Shown in pieces: positions 52,420-61,691 of a stretch of 64,000 bases of DNA; the stretch's first letter is position 1; every line of letters begins with the position of its first letter. The stretch lies in NCBI GenBank assembly GCA_036844945.1, contig DAIUEV010000015.1:66-64065 (forward strand), written 5' to 3'. A model generated the notes under the pieces. The model was given only the letters and a program-made list of their open reading frames with translations, had not been told where the DNA came from and made no database searches. A program made the position numbers and the translations under genes. Source of the DNA: Acidimicrobiales bacterium (GTDB lineage Bacteria > Actinomycetota > Acidimicrobiia > Acidimicrobiales > RAAP-2).

Positions 52420-53730
52420 ATGGCACGCTTCTTGGTGGCGACCTACCCAGGCCCCGGGCACATCGCACCGGCTGCCCCGGTGGTGCGGGAGCTCTCGGGG
52501 CGGGGCCATGACGTGCGCTGGTACACCGGGTCTCGTTTCGCCGAGGTGGTTGCCGACGCCGGTGCGCGCTTCTGTCCAATGGCCAAGGGCCTCGACTGGG
52601 ACTACAACGACTTGAACAGCTCGTTCCCCGGCCGTGCCGACCTAAAGGGGCTCAAGCAGGGGCAGTTCGACCTGATCGAGATGTTCGTGCGCCCCCTCCG
52701 TCACCATGTGCCCGCTCTCGCGGCCTTGACCAGAGAGGAACCCGCCGACGTATTCGTCTCGCACACCATCTTCTACGGCGGCGGGTGGCTGCACGAGATG
52801 GGGGGGCCGCCGAACGCCATGCTCGGCGACACCTGTCTCACCTACCCGAGCACCGACGTCGCCCCCTGGGGGATGGGATTGCCACCACGGGGCGGCTGGA
52901 CCGGCCATCTCCGCAATCGAGCGCTTGGTGCCATGAGCCGGGCCGTGTTCTTCGCTCCGGTGGCGAAGGCGGCGCGAGAGGTCCGTGCCGAGCTTGGCCT
53001 TCCTCCCGTGCCGGTACGGGACCTCGGTTTCGGCCTCTCCCCGTACCTGCATATCCAGCTCTGTCCCCGCGGCTTTGAGTACCCCCGCTCCGATCTCCCC
53101 CCCGAGGTCCACTTCGTCGGCGCCCCTCTGCCGGCGCCGCCAGCAGGGTTCGCGGACAACCAACCGAGCTGGTGGCCGAGGCTCTCCGAAGCAAAGCACG
53201 TCGTCCTCGTCACCCAAGGGACGATCGCGACGGACCCCAACGACCTTCTCGCTCCGTGCTTGAAAGGACTCTCCGGCCACGATCTGTTCGTGGTGGCGAC
53301 CACCGGTGGTGCCGACCCGGCTGTACTCGGGGACCCACCCGCCAACGCCGTCGTCGAGAAGTTCGTTCCCTTCTCCGCTCTCCTGCCCCACGTCGACGTC
53401 ATGGTCTCGAATGGCGGCTTCGGCTCCGTCCAATTGGCCATCGCCAACGGCATCCCGATGGTGGTGGCCGGCACGAGTGAGGACAAGAGGGAAGTGACCG
53501 CACACGTCGGCTGGTCGGGCATCGGGATCAACCTTCGGACGAGTCGTCCCTCACCCGCCGCCATCGCTGACTCCGTGGGGAAGGTGTTGAACGAGCCCAG
53601 GTTCCGTGAGCGGACCCGCGCGCTCCAGGCGGAAACGAAGGACACGAGTCCCGCCGGAAGAGCGGCCGACCTTCTCGAAGGTCTCGCCGTCAAGGGGGCC
53701 GAGCCGGTTCGCAGTCGCGACACCCGATGA
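52420..53730 (+). CDS. GT1-family UDP-glycosyltransferase (MGT/macrolide-glycosyltransferase-like)
   Basis: N-terminus GPGHIAPAAPVVRELSGRGHDV. C-terminal donor-binding block VTQGT...VPFSALLPHVDVMVSNGGFGSVQLAIANGIPMVV. GGAGG lies 5 nt upstream of ATG 52420. Confidence 0.85.
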   Translation: MARFLVATYPGPGHIAPAAPVVRELSGRGHDVRWYTGSRFAEVVADAGARFCPMAKGLDWDYNDLNSSFPGRADLKGLKQGQFDLIEMFVRPLRHHVPALAALTREEPADVFVSHTIFYGGGWLHEMGGPPNAMLGDTCLTYPSTDVAPWGMGLPPRGGWTGHLRNRALGAMSRAVFFAPVAKAAREVRAELGLPPVPVRDLGFGLSPYLHIQLCPRGFEYPRSDLPPEVHFVGAPLPAPPAGFADNQPSWWPRLSEAKHVVLVTQGTIATDPNDLLAPCLKGLSGHDLFVVATTGGADPAVLGDPPANAVVEKFVPFSALLPHVDVMVSNGGFGSVQLAIANGIPMVVAGTSEDKREVTAHVGWSGIGINLRTSRPSPAAIADSVGKVLNEPRFRERTRALQAETKDTSPAGRAADLLEGLAVKGAEPVRSRDTR

Positions 53731-54165
53731 GCCATTAGTCAGACGCGCCTTCTCGCCTGACGCCGCACGCCGGCCCGCGTCCAAGTTGCGCCGACCACCG
53801 ATTCGGCGCCCGGATCCCAGGCATGGGCTCTCGCTCGTATGCACCGCAGAACAACCATTCCGGCCTCGACCTCGACGGTCGACGAAGGCTGTCCGCCGCG
53901 CCAGATCGACGGATTGGTGGCACCTTCCCGGACAACGGGGCAGCCTGCTTCCTATCGCGAACACGGGGAGGGTACGCGCAAAGTGCCGGTTGTCGACGGT
54001 GTCGGTTCGTGGCTAGGCAATCGTCCCAAACGTCGGAGCAGCACCCGCTGGCCTCGGACTTGAGCTCGAAGTCGGCGGGAATAGGATCTTCGCCTTGAGT
54101 TCAGTATGTGAGGCCACCGACATACGGTCAGCGAGCCCATACCCGGGCACGGCCCCCTTCGGGCG

Positions 54166-55629
54166 ATGTCTGACGCTTGTACCGACAACCAGAACCCGTC
54201 ATTCATGGACCCGACTAAGGAGGCAGGCGGCGTGGCGAACATAGAGGCAGGGGCAGTCGCCGAGTTGCAGAGGAACGTCAGCGGCACCGTTGCCGAGCCT
54301 GGACAGGCGGGCTACGACAGTGCCATCAACATCTGGAACGCAGCTTGTATCCGCCGCCCGGCGGTTGTCGTCAGCTGTACCAGCAGGGAGGACGTGGCCG
54401 CGGCGTTGGCCTTCGCCCAGGAGCACAGGCTCGAGGTCTCGGTTCGCGGTGGCGGCCACAACTACGCAGGCTTTGCCCTCTGCGAGGGCGGTCTCATGAT
54501 CGACCTCACGCCGATGAAGACCGTGACCGTCGATGCAGAGTCCCGTACGGCTCGGTGCGGAGGCGGCACGACATGGGGGGAGTTCGACGCGGCCACCCAG
54601 GCCCACGGGCTGGCGACACCGGGCGGTTTCATCAGTCGGACCGGGGTGGCTGGCCTGACCCTGGGTGGTGGTTTCGGCTGGCTGACCCGCCTGGCCGGAC
54701 TCTCGGCGGACAACCTGATCGGCGCCGAGGTGGTGACCGCCGACGGAAGGTTCCTACATGCGTCGGACACGGACAATCCCGACCTTCTGTGGGCCCTTCG
54801 GGGCGGTGGCGGGAACTTCGGAGTGGTGACCGAGTTCGAGTTCCGCCTCCACGCCGTCGGGCCCATGCTGCAGCTGGGACTCTTCTTGTTCAGCGCCGAC
54901 CAGGGTCGGGAGCTGTTCCAGTTCGCTCGGAGCTACGTCGAGACTCTTCCCGACGAGTGCGGAGTATTCATGGCCGGGTTGAGCGCGCCCCCCGAGCCCT
55001 TCGTGCCCACGGAGCTCCACTTCAGCCCCGTCTACGGGCTGCTGGTCGTGGGGTTCGGGGACGAGGAGCAACACGCTCGGCTCATCGCGCCCATCAAGGA
55101 GGCCTTGACGCCGCTGGTGGAGCTGGTGACACCCATCCCCTATGTCGGCCTCCAGCAGATGTTCGACGGCTCGGCCCCTTGGGGAATGCACAACTACGAG
55201 AAGGCCGTGTATCTCGCCGAGTTGAGCGACGGCGCCATCGAGGCCATCCTCGAGCACCAAGCCCGGAAAGTGTCACCGCTGTCGTTCGTGCCGATCTTCG
55301 TTCTAGGGGGTGCCTACCGGACGGCGGACGGCGACGCCGGCGCCTTCGGAGGCAGCCGGGAGTTCCGTTACGTCGTCAACGTCTCCGGCACCGCAATGTC
55401 ACCCGATGACTATGACAGCGAGCGTTCGTGGTCCCGCGAGTACTGGTCAGCGCTGGTCGAGCACGCCGTCGGTGTCGGCAGCTACGTGAACTTCATGAGC
55501 GAGTACGAGGAAGAGCGCGTCCGCAATTCCTATGGAGCCAAGTACGAGCGGCTCCAGAGGATCAAGACCACTTACGACCCCAACAACATCTTCCATCTCA
55601 ACCAGAACATCCCTCCAGCGCGGAGCTAG
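54166..55629 (+). CDS. FAD-linked oxidase with C-terminal berberine-bridge (BBE) domain
   Basis: PCMH-type FAD-binding region (P.VVVSCTSREDVAAALAFA...VRGGGHNYAG) and a BBE-like C-terminus (YVNFMS...YDPNNIFHLNQNI). The start could be ATG 54205. Confidence 0.85.
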   Translation: MSDACTDNQNPSFMDPTKEAGGVANIEAGAVAELQRNVSGTVAEPGQAGYDSAINIWNAACIRRPAVVVSCTSREDVAAALAFAQEHRLEVSVRGGGHNYAGFALCEGGLMIDLTPMKTVTVDAESRTARCGGGTTWGEFDAATQAHGLATPGGFISRTGVAGLTLGGGFGWLTRLAGLSADNLIGAEVVTADGRFLHASDTDNPDLLWALRGGGGNFGVVTEFEFRLHAVGPMLQLGLFLFSADQGRELFQFARSYVETLPDECGVFMAGLSAPPEPFVPTELHFSPVYGLLVVGFGDEEQHARLIAPIKEALTPLVELVTPIPYVGLQQMFDGSAPWGMHNYEKAVYLAELSDGAIEAILEHQARKVSPLSFVPIFVLGGAYRTADGDAGAFGGSREFRYVVNVSGTAMSPDDYDSERSWSREYWSALVEHAVGVGSYVNFMSEYEEERVRNSYGAKYERLQRIKTTYDPNNIFHLNQNIPPARS

Positions 55630-55854
55630 CCCCCGGCCATAGGAGCTGCCTCGGCGCCGGACACGGCATCGTGAGCGTCCCCTGAAGCGTTCCCCGCGGC
55701 GCCCCCGCGAGACGGTTGGATGACTCCCTGGAGACGAGAGAGAGGTCGTTGCGAGCCCCCTGGCTCCCTTCGATCCGTCACCCATCCTCCGTTGCGGCAC
55801 GCAGGATGTGCGACGACACCGATGCATGACTGGAGCCAGGGTCCCGAAGGGTTC

Positions 55855-56217
55855 CTAAGAAACCGTCGCCCCCCTCAGCCTCCGACGATTCGAAACCCGG
55901 CGGTGACCGCTGAAAGACCCTCCGTGCACCAGAGCAGCGAGCACCGCCGGATTCAGCGACCTCGGACCCAGTCCGACGTCAACCCGTGTGGGAGCGTCGG
56001 TCCATCGCTGCGCTTCAATTTCGTCCCAGAGAGCTGGATCAAGAATCGTGGCCCGCTCCTCTGCGGGCAACTCGTAGAACAGAACCCAACGGCCCAGGGC
56101 CTCGTCGAAGTAGCACGCCTCCTGCGGTGCCATGTCCCCCTCCAGGGCCCGACCAAACATCTCGAAGTCGTGCCTCAGACAGCACCAAGCCCAGCAATAG
56201 GGGTACTCGCTCGCCAT
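55855..56217 (-). CDS. Hypothetical Cys/Trp-rich protein (120 aa)
   Basis: ATG-initiated portion of ORF 55855..56628 (MASEYPYCWAWCCLRHDFEMF...). The first ~85 aa look protein-like, but the C-terminal tail is Arg-rich. Weak call. Confidence 0.35.
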   Translation of the reverse strand: MASEYPYCWAWCCLRHDFEMFGRALEGDMAPQEACYFDEALGRWVLFYELPAEERATILDPALWDEIEAQRWTDAPTRVDVGLGPRSLNPAVLAALVHGGSFSGHRRVSNRRRLRGATVS

Positions 56218-56528
56218 GTTGCACCTTCCGCTTTCGACGGTTAAGTGAACAATGAGCCATTTCGCTTGTGACAAAACAGCCGCGCAACCTGTTGAAATGC
56301 GTGAGAAATTGCCTCGATACCTGTGTAGAAGGTTGTGGACAACGGGGGAGGGGTGGTTACGTGATCGGCCCGGAGCCGGGGTGGCTGATCGCTGAGCGCC
56401 GCTCACTGAGTTCCCCCGGGGGGTCGAACGGCAAAGGCCTTCACGCTGGGACACCGGGGGAGCGGAGGCGCTCACGGCGCAACCCTTGGCGGAGGTAGTC
56501 GAGAGAGCGGCCTCGTATCCTCTTTGAC

Positions 56529-57644
56529 ATGACCGTGCCGACCGACCCCTTTTCTCTCGTGCGCCCAGTTTGGCCACTGTCGGACCGGGGCCTCGGACAG
56601 CGGCTGATCGACCTGGCCCTGCTCCCATTCATCGCCGGGCAGCAGCCCTTTGCCCGCCAGGCGTCGTTCTCCGACTTCGATGCCATCGACCCCTTCATTC
56701 CCTCCGACGCCGTCGTCGACTGGGAGTACGACCAGGACGGGGGGGAACATCATCGGCTGGTCCACGGGGATGGATGGCGGGTCCACCTGCTGCTCATCCG
56801 GCGCCGGCCAGAGGTGCAGGTCCTGATAACCGCCGAGTCTCCCGAACTGGCCGAAAAGGTGCTCGCGGAGATCCGCGGTGGCATGCCAAGTCCGAGCGAG
56901 CCCGGGGAGCAGGCACGAGTGAGCCTGTGGAGTGCTGGAAGTACGGGATCACCCACGCGGTACCGACGTTGGATGGAAACGCCCCGATGGTCGGGCATCG
57001 TCCGGAACTATCCGCCCGACGTCGGCCGTGCTTTGACCCGGGTCATGTCGATGGAGCAAGCCGCCGAGCGGGGTGGCAGGCTCATCTTGTGGTACGGGGA
57101 ACCGGGGACCGGTAAGACGACGGCCGTTCGCGCTCTGGCCCGGGAGTGGATCCGGTGGGCCGACTTCCACTTCGTCCTGGATCCCGAGGAGTTCTTCGCC
57201 GGACCCGACTACCTGATGCACGTGGTGACTGCGGAGGACCAGTGGTGGGAGCGGACCACCTCGAGCCCAGACCGCTGGAAGGTCCTTGTCGTGGAGGATG
57301 CCGACGAGTTGATCAGAGCCGACGCCCGCCGGTCGGCAGGAGCATCGCTGGGGCGCCTACTCAACCTGACCGATGGCATTCTCGGACACGGCATGCGCGT
57401 GCTCCTGCTCCTGACCGCCAACGAGCCTGGACATGGGTTGCATCCAGCGGTCGTGCGCCCGGGCCGTTGCCTGGCCGACGTTCAGTTCGCCCTGTTCACC
57501 CGGACCCAGGCCGCCGATTGGTTGGCGGGCGCCGGCAAGCCACCGTCTCGGGACAGCACCCTGGCCGAGCTATACCGCCTGCGAGGCGATGTCGACACCA
57601 TCGCTACACCGCGATCCGCGCCCGGTGGATCCGCCTATCTGTGA
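56529..57644 (+). CDS. AAA+ ATPase (classical-clade AAA module) with uncharacterised ~185-aa N-terminal domain
   Basis: Walker A GEPGTGKTT, Walker B VLVVEDADE, sensor-1 LLLLTAN and second region of homology HPAVVRPGRCLADV. No motif recognised in the N-terminal half. Confidence 0.8.
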   Translation: MTVPTDPFSLVRPVWPLSDRGLGQRLIDLALLPFIAGQQPFARQASFSDFDAIDPFIPSDAVVDWEYDQDGGEHHRLVHGDGWRVHLLLIRRRPEVQVLITAESPELAEKVLAEIRGGMPSPSEPGEQARVSLWSAGSTGSPTRYRRWMETPRWSGIVRNYPPDVGRALTRVMSMEQAAERGGRLILWYGEPGTGKTTAVRALAREWIRWADFHFVLDPEEFFAGPDYLMHVVTAEDQWWERTTSSPDRWKVLVVEDADELIRADARRSAGASLGRLLNLTDGILGHGMRVLLLLTANEPGHGLHPAVVRPGRCLADVQFALFTRTQAADWLAGAGKPPSRDSTLAELYRLRGDVDTIATPRSAPGGSAYL

Positions 57645-57980
57645 CGTGACCAAACCGCGTCACCCAACCTTTTGGGTTGCCATGAGACCGCCGAATCCAC
57701 GACAACGCGTCTGGAGAGCTGCCGGCCTGACGGCAGCAACTGTGCCGACTGATGTCGAACGGTCATCATCGCCCGGCTCGGTCAATGGGCCAATACCAGA
57801 CAGGGGCGGCCGCGACCGGATGAGAACCTGACGTCTCGAGCACTCGGAGCGCTGGACCATGTCGAAACGAGTACGATAGAGAGCGCGAACAGTCCGGTTT
57901 TCACGCAGGGCTGTCGTCGTTGCTGGTTGACGCTAGGTCTCCCGCAAATGGTTCGTGCGTGGAGAAACGAGGCAGCAATC

Positions 57981-58184
57981 ATGGCCACAGGCACCGTGAA
58001 GTGGTTCAACGCCAGCAAGGGATACGGGTTCATCACCCCTGACGACGGCACTGCCGACGTCTTTGTACACTTCTCGTCCCTCGAGGGCTCGGGCTACCGA
58101 GAGCTCACGGAGGGGCAAAAGGTTGACTTCGAGACCGAGCAAGGACCCAAGGGTCTCCAGGCCAAGCGCGTTCGATCGCTCTAG
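57981..58184 (+). CDS. Cold-shock protein (CspA family, 67 aa)
   Basis: [15 protein letters not shown] (RNP1) and VFVHFS (RNP2). GAGG lies 8 nt upstream of the ATG. Confidence 0.95.
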   Translation: MATGTVKWFNASKGYGFITPDDGTADVFVHFSSLEGSGYRELTEGQKVDFETEQGPKGLQAKRVRSL

Positions 58185-58407
58185 GGGCCACATCTCTGGA
58201 GCAACTTGACTTGGTGCTCGTTGCTGCCAGTGATGGACAGTCAGCCCCTTTCCACGCGGGCCAAATGATCGCCCGATGGCCGATCTAGACCCGTTTTCGA
58301 CCGCCGATGACGGATCGAAGTCATGTTGTGTTGGGCGGTCAGATTTGGGCGTGCGGTTGGAGCCCCACATTGAGATCGACGTATTCGAGGTGCGTGAGGC
58401 GCCGGGC

Positions 58408-58854
58408 CTACGGCTCGGTCACACTCCAGCCCCGACGCCGAAGCTCAGCGGCGAGCTGCTCAGCCGGCATAAGGCGTATCGCGTGCTCAAAGGCAGACAG
58501 CTTTGCCGTTGGTACAGCGACGAGGGGGCTTCCGTCGAACTCGGCTGCCTGTAGTCGGTCGATGAACGAGGACGCCTCGTCCCGAGTGAATTTGCCAGCC
58601 GCCTGGCGCTGAGTGAACCCCATTGGGCCCCGGGCCTCGCGGAAGTTGGCGTAGCCGCAGTTCTGCAGGCAGGCCAGCAGCTCCTGGATCTGCCTCGACG
58701 AAGCCGGCGGACCCGATTGTTGACCGAATGCCATGACCTCAGTCTTGTCGAAGTGGTCGGCCAATCTCGTCATCCAGGGGTATCCGCGCCGGGTCTTTGA
58801 CGGCTTGCCGGACCGAAGGATCGTTGCGCTGAGCAATCCAGACGGTTCGTGCAA
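58408..58854 (-). CDS. Hypothetical protein
   Basis: Protein-like ORF. The likely real start is an internal Met (MAFGQQSGPP..., about 58734). No motif recognised. Confidence 0.5.
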   Translation of the reverse strand: MHEPSGLLSATILRSGKPSKTRRGYPWMTRLADHFDKTEVMAFGQQSGPPASSRQIQELLACLQNCGYANFREARGPMGFTQRQAAGKFTRDEASSFIDRLQAAEFDGSPLVAVPTAKLSAFEHAIRLMPAEQLAAELRRRGWSVTEP

Positions 58855-59060
58855 GTGGTTGAGGTGGAGCGGCTCATCGTCAGCGAGCTTGAACTCCGAT
58901 CAGGCTCGGGTGCTTTGACCTCGAGCCCGCACTCCTCATTGCGGCTCCTCCGACGCGAGTCCGGCGGCCCCCGTCACTCAAAGGCATCATCGGATTACGA
59001 TCGGATGTGTTGACGGCTGAAACGGGATCATCATTCGTCAGCATCGTGATTGGGGGTCGA

Positions 59061-60152
59061 ATGATCACCATTCGGCAGTTGTGGCGTTGCATGGTGTCAT
59101 GCCTCGCTCTCAGCGTCCCGGTGATTGGGCTCGCCTCTGGGGTGTCTCAGGCTGCGACGGGACATCTCACTCAAATCGGCACGGTGACGCCGCCGAACTT
59201 CGGGCTGTCCGATATCACGTGGTTCGGTACGCCCTTTGGGAAACCAACCGTCTACGTCGCAGAGGGTGCCATCGACGTGGTGAACGCGAAGACCGGCACC
59301 TTCATCGGTGCTATCGGCCAGGGGGATTTCAAATCCTCCACTGCCGCCACTTGCGGAGCTATCGGTGGACACGGCCCGAACGGAGTCCTTTCGTTGACGG
59401 TGGGACGCTCCAATCAAGTATGGGTGGGGGACGGCAACAGCACCGTCAACGTGTACACGCTGAGCTCACCGGGTTCGGGAGCACTCGCCGCGACGATCGC
59501 TACCGGCGGTCAATGTCGGGCCGATGAACTGTCGTACGATCCGGTCCACCACTTGGTGCTCATTGCCAACCCGGCCGATTCTCCTCCGTATGTCTCGTTC
59601 GTTTCGGTCCATCCGAATCCGAGCGAGGATGCCATCGTTGGGAAGATCTCATTTCCGAACGCGGCGGCGGGACTCGAGCAGTCGGTGTACGACCCCAAGA
59701 CCGGCGAGTTCTACCTCAATGTCGTCCAGAGCTCTGCGATGGACCCTGGTCTTGGAGCGGTGGCGATCATCAATCCCAAGGCCAAGACCGTGGTTGGCTC
59801 GTATCCGGTTGCCGGTTGTGGCCCCACCGGTCTGGCCCTCGATCCGGCGATTCAGCAGGCGCTGCTGGGCTGCGGCGCGGGAAACGGGCTCATGGTCATC
59901 GACCTGCGTACCGGCGCCATCACCCACACCCTGGCTGGGCTACCCGATGCGGACGAGGTCTGGTTCGATCCGGCCACCGGGGACTTTGTCGCTCCTGGTA
60001 TCGGCGGACCGATCTCGGTCATCTCGGCCCGCACTGGCAGGGTGGTGAGTCAGGGCTCCATCACAGGCTTCACCCATTCAGGCGCAGCCGGTGCTGGAAA
60101 GATCTTCATACCTGTGCTCGCCAAAGGCATAGACATCTTCAGCATGCACTAG
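59061..60152 (+). CDS. Secreted beta-propeller repeat protein (YncE/YVTN-like)
   Basis: Signal peptide MITIRQLWRCMVSCLALSVPVIGLASGVSQA followed by repeated ~40-aa Gly/Val/Asp-rich blades. GGGGG lies upstream of ATG 59061. Confidence 0.7.
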   Translation: MITIRQLWRCMVSCLALSVPVIGLASGVSQAATGHLTQIGTVTPPNFGLSDITWFGTPFGKPTVYVAEGAIDVVNAKTGTFIGAIGQGDFKSSTAATCGAIGGHGPNGVLSLTVGRSNQVWVGDGNSTVNVYTLSSPGSGALAATIATGGQCRADELSYDPVHHLVLIANPADSPPYVSFVSVHPNPSEDAIVGKISFPNAAAGLEQSVYDPKTGEFYLNVVQSSAMDPGLGAVAIINPKAKTVVGSYPVAGCGPTGLALDPAIQQALLGCGAGNGLMVIDLRTGAITHTLAGLPDADEVWFDPATGDFVAPGIGGPISVISARTGRVVSQGSITGFTHSGAAGAGKIFIPVLAKGIDIFSMH

Positions 60153-60243
60153 GCGGAGGGTTCGACTCGGTCCGCTCCAGCCGCAAGTACCTGACGTCGC
60201 CGAACTGTTGGACTCAGCGCTACCCAACTGTTCGGGTATTCCT

Positions 60244-61530
60244 TCAGTCGGATGACGCCGTGCGCGAGGCCAGGCTCATTACGCTGACGAGTTCGGATCC
60301 ACTCTTCTTTAGACGGGCCGAAGAGCGGTAGCCAAGATCGACGTCCCGAGCTTGGGATCGAAGCGCGCCCACGGTGGATTGCTCTCGGGGGACATGCGAG
60401 AACGGATCAAACGAGAAGACTCGCATGGCGTTCCGATGGGTGATTCTGACGACGTCCTCGTCCGGAAGTCCCTGGAGATGGTTCGCCAAGATCTCGGGAG
60501 ACTCCGGCCAGGTTGAGTCCGAGTGGGGGAAGTCACACTCCCAGGTGATCATGTCGAGGTTGAGCTTCTCGCGGGACTCAAGGCCGAAGGCGTCCTCGAT
60601 GAAGCAGGTCAGGATTCGGTCGAGGAAGACCTCGCTGGGCAACTTGTCGCCGAAGTCCTGGTGCGTCCAGGCCCGGTGGTGCCGGTAGACGTTGTCGACA
60701 CGCTCGAGGAAGTAGGGGATCCACCCGATTCCTCCCTCACTCAAGGCGAATGTGATCTCGGGGAACTTGCGGAGCACCGGCGACCACAGCAAGTCCGCCG
60801 CTGCCTGGACGATGTTGATCGGCTGAAGGGTGATGAGGGTATCGATGGGCGCTTCGATCGACGTCACGACTACCTGTGACGACGATCCGATGTGCAAGCA
60901 GATCACAGTGTCCTCGTCGCTGCAGGCTGCCCAGAATGGCTCCCAATGGGCGCTGTGGAAGGAGGGATAGCCGAGCTTTTCGGGGTTCTCCGAGAACGTG
61001 ACCGCGTGGCACCCCTTCTTGCTCATGCGGCGGACCTCATCGGCCATCTCGTCGACGCTCCACATCGGAGGCAGTGACAGGGGGATCATGCGTCCTGGGT
61101 ATGTTCCGCACCACTCGTCGACGTGCCAATCGTTGTAGGAGCGCAGCACGGCCAGAGCCAGGTCCTTGTCGTCTGCGCGAGCGAAATACTGACCGCAGAA
61201 CTGTGGATACGACGGGAAGTTCATCGAGGCCAGCACCCCGTTCGCGTTCATGTCCCTGATGCGCTCGTGAATGTCGAAGCATCCTGGGCGCATCTCGTTG
61301 AATCGGGTTGGCTCGAGGCCGTATTCGTCAGGCGGACGGCCGGCCACAGCATTGAGCCCTACGTTGGTCGCCTGCTGGCCCTCGAAAACCCAGGCATCGG
61401 TCCCGTCGTCCTTCGTAGTGACCCTGGGCGCCCGTTCCTTGTACTTGGTCGGGATGTGACCCTTGAACATGTCCGGGGGTTCGACCACATGGTCGTCGAC
61501 AGAGACAAGGATGAGATCATCGATGTGCAT
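60244..61530 (-). CDS. Amidohydrolase-2 family metal-dependent hydrolase/decarboxylase
   Basis: N-terminus LILVSVDDHVVEPPDMF, and FSENP, HIGSSS and DFPHSDSTWP metal-ligand-type motifs. Start at ATG 61530. Confidence 0.85.
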   Translation of the reverse strand: MHIDDLILVSVDDHVVEPPDMFKGHIPTKYKERAPRVTTKDDGTDAWVFEGQQATNVGLNAVAGRPPDEYGLEPTRFNEMRPGCFDIHERIRDMNANGVLASMNFPSYPQFCGQYFARADDKDLALAVLRSYNDWHVDEWCGTYPGRMIPLSLPPMWSVDEMADEVRRMSKKGCHAVTFSENPEKLGYPSFHSAHWEPFWAACSDEDTVICLHIGSSSQVVVTSIEAPIDTLITLQPINIVQAAADLLWSPVLRKFPEITFALSEGGIGWIPYFLERVDNVYRHHRAWTHQDFGDKLPSEVFLDRILTCFIEDAFGLESREKLNLDMITWECDFPHSDSTWPESPEILANHLQGLPDEDVVRITHRNAMRVFSFDPFSHVPREQSTVGALRSQARDVDLGYRSSARLKKSGSELVSVMSLASRTASSD

Positions 61531-61691
61531 GGTCTGCTCCCGTGGTTTGGTCGCCTCGCGGGCGAAGAGTACTAGAAGGGGCATCGAGAGCGTGGCGTAG
61601 AGCAGGGGCTCCGCGGGAGACCAATCCTTTCGAACGCTTCGCAATGGTCATGGTCTCACGGACTTCGTTCCTCGCATCGCTACCCAGGGAA

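Noticed and set aside
57927-57980. TTGACG at 57927 as the -35 element of the cold-shock gene promoter.
   Set aside because: There is no acceptable -10 hexamer at 16-19 nt spacing. The resulting 5' UTR would also be unusually short for a csp gene. The real promoter is probably further upstream in the 336-nt spacer.
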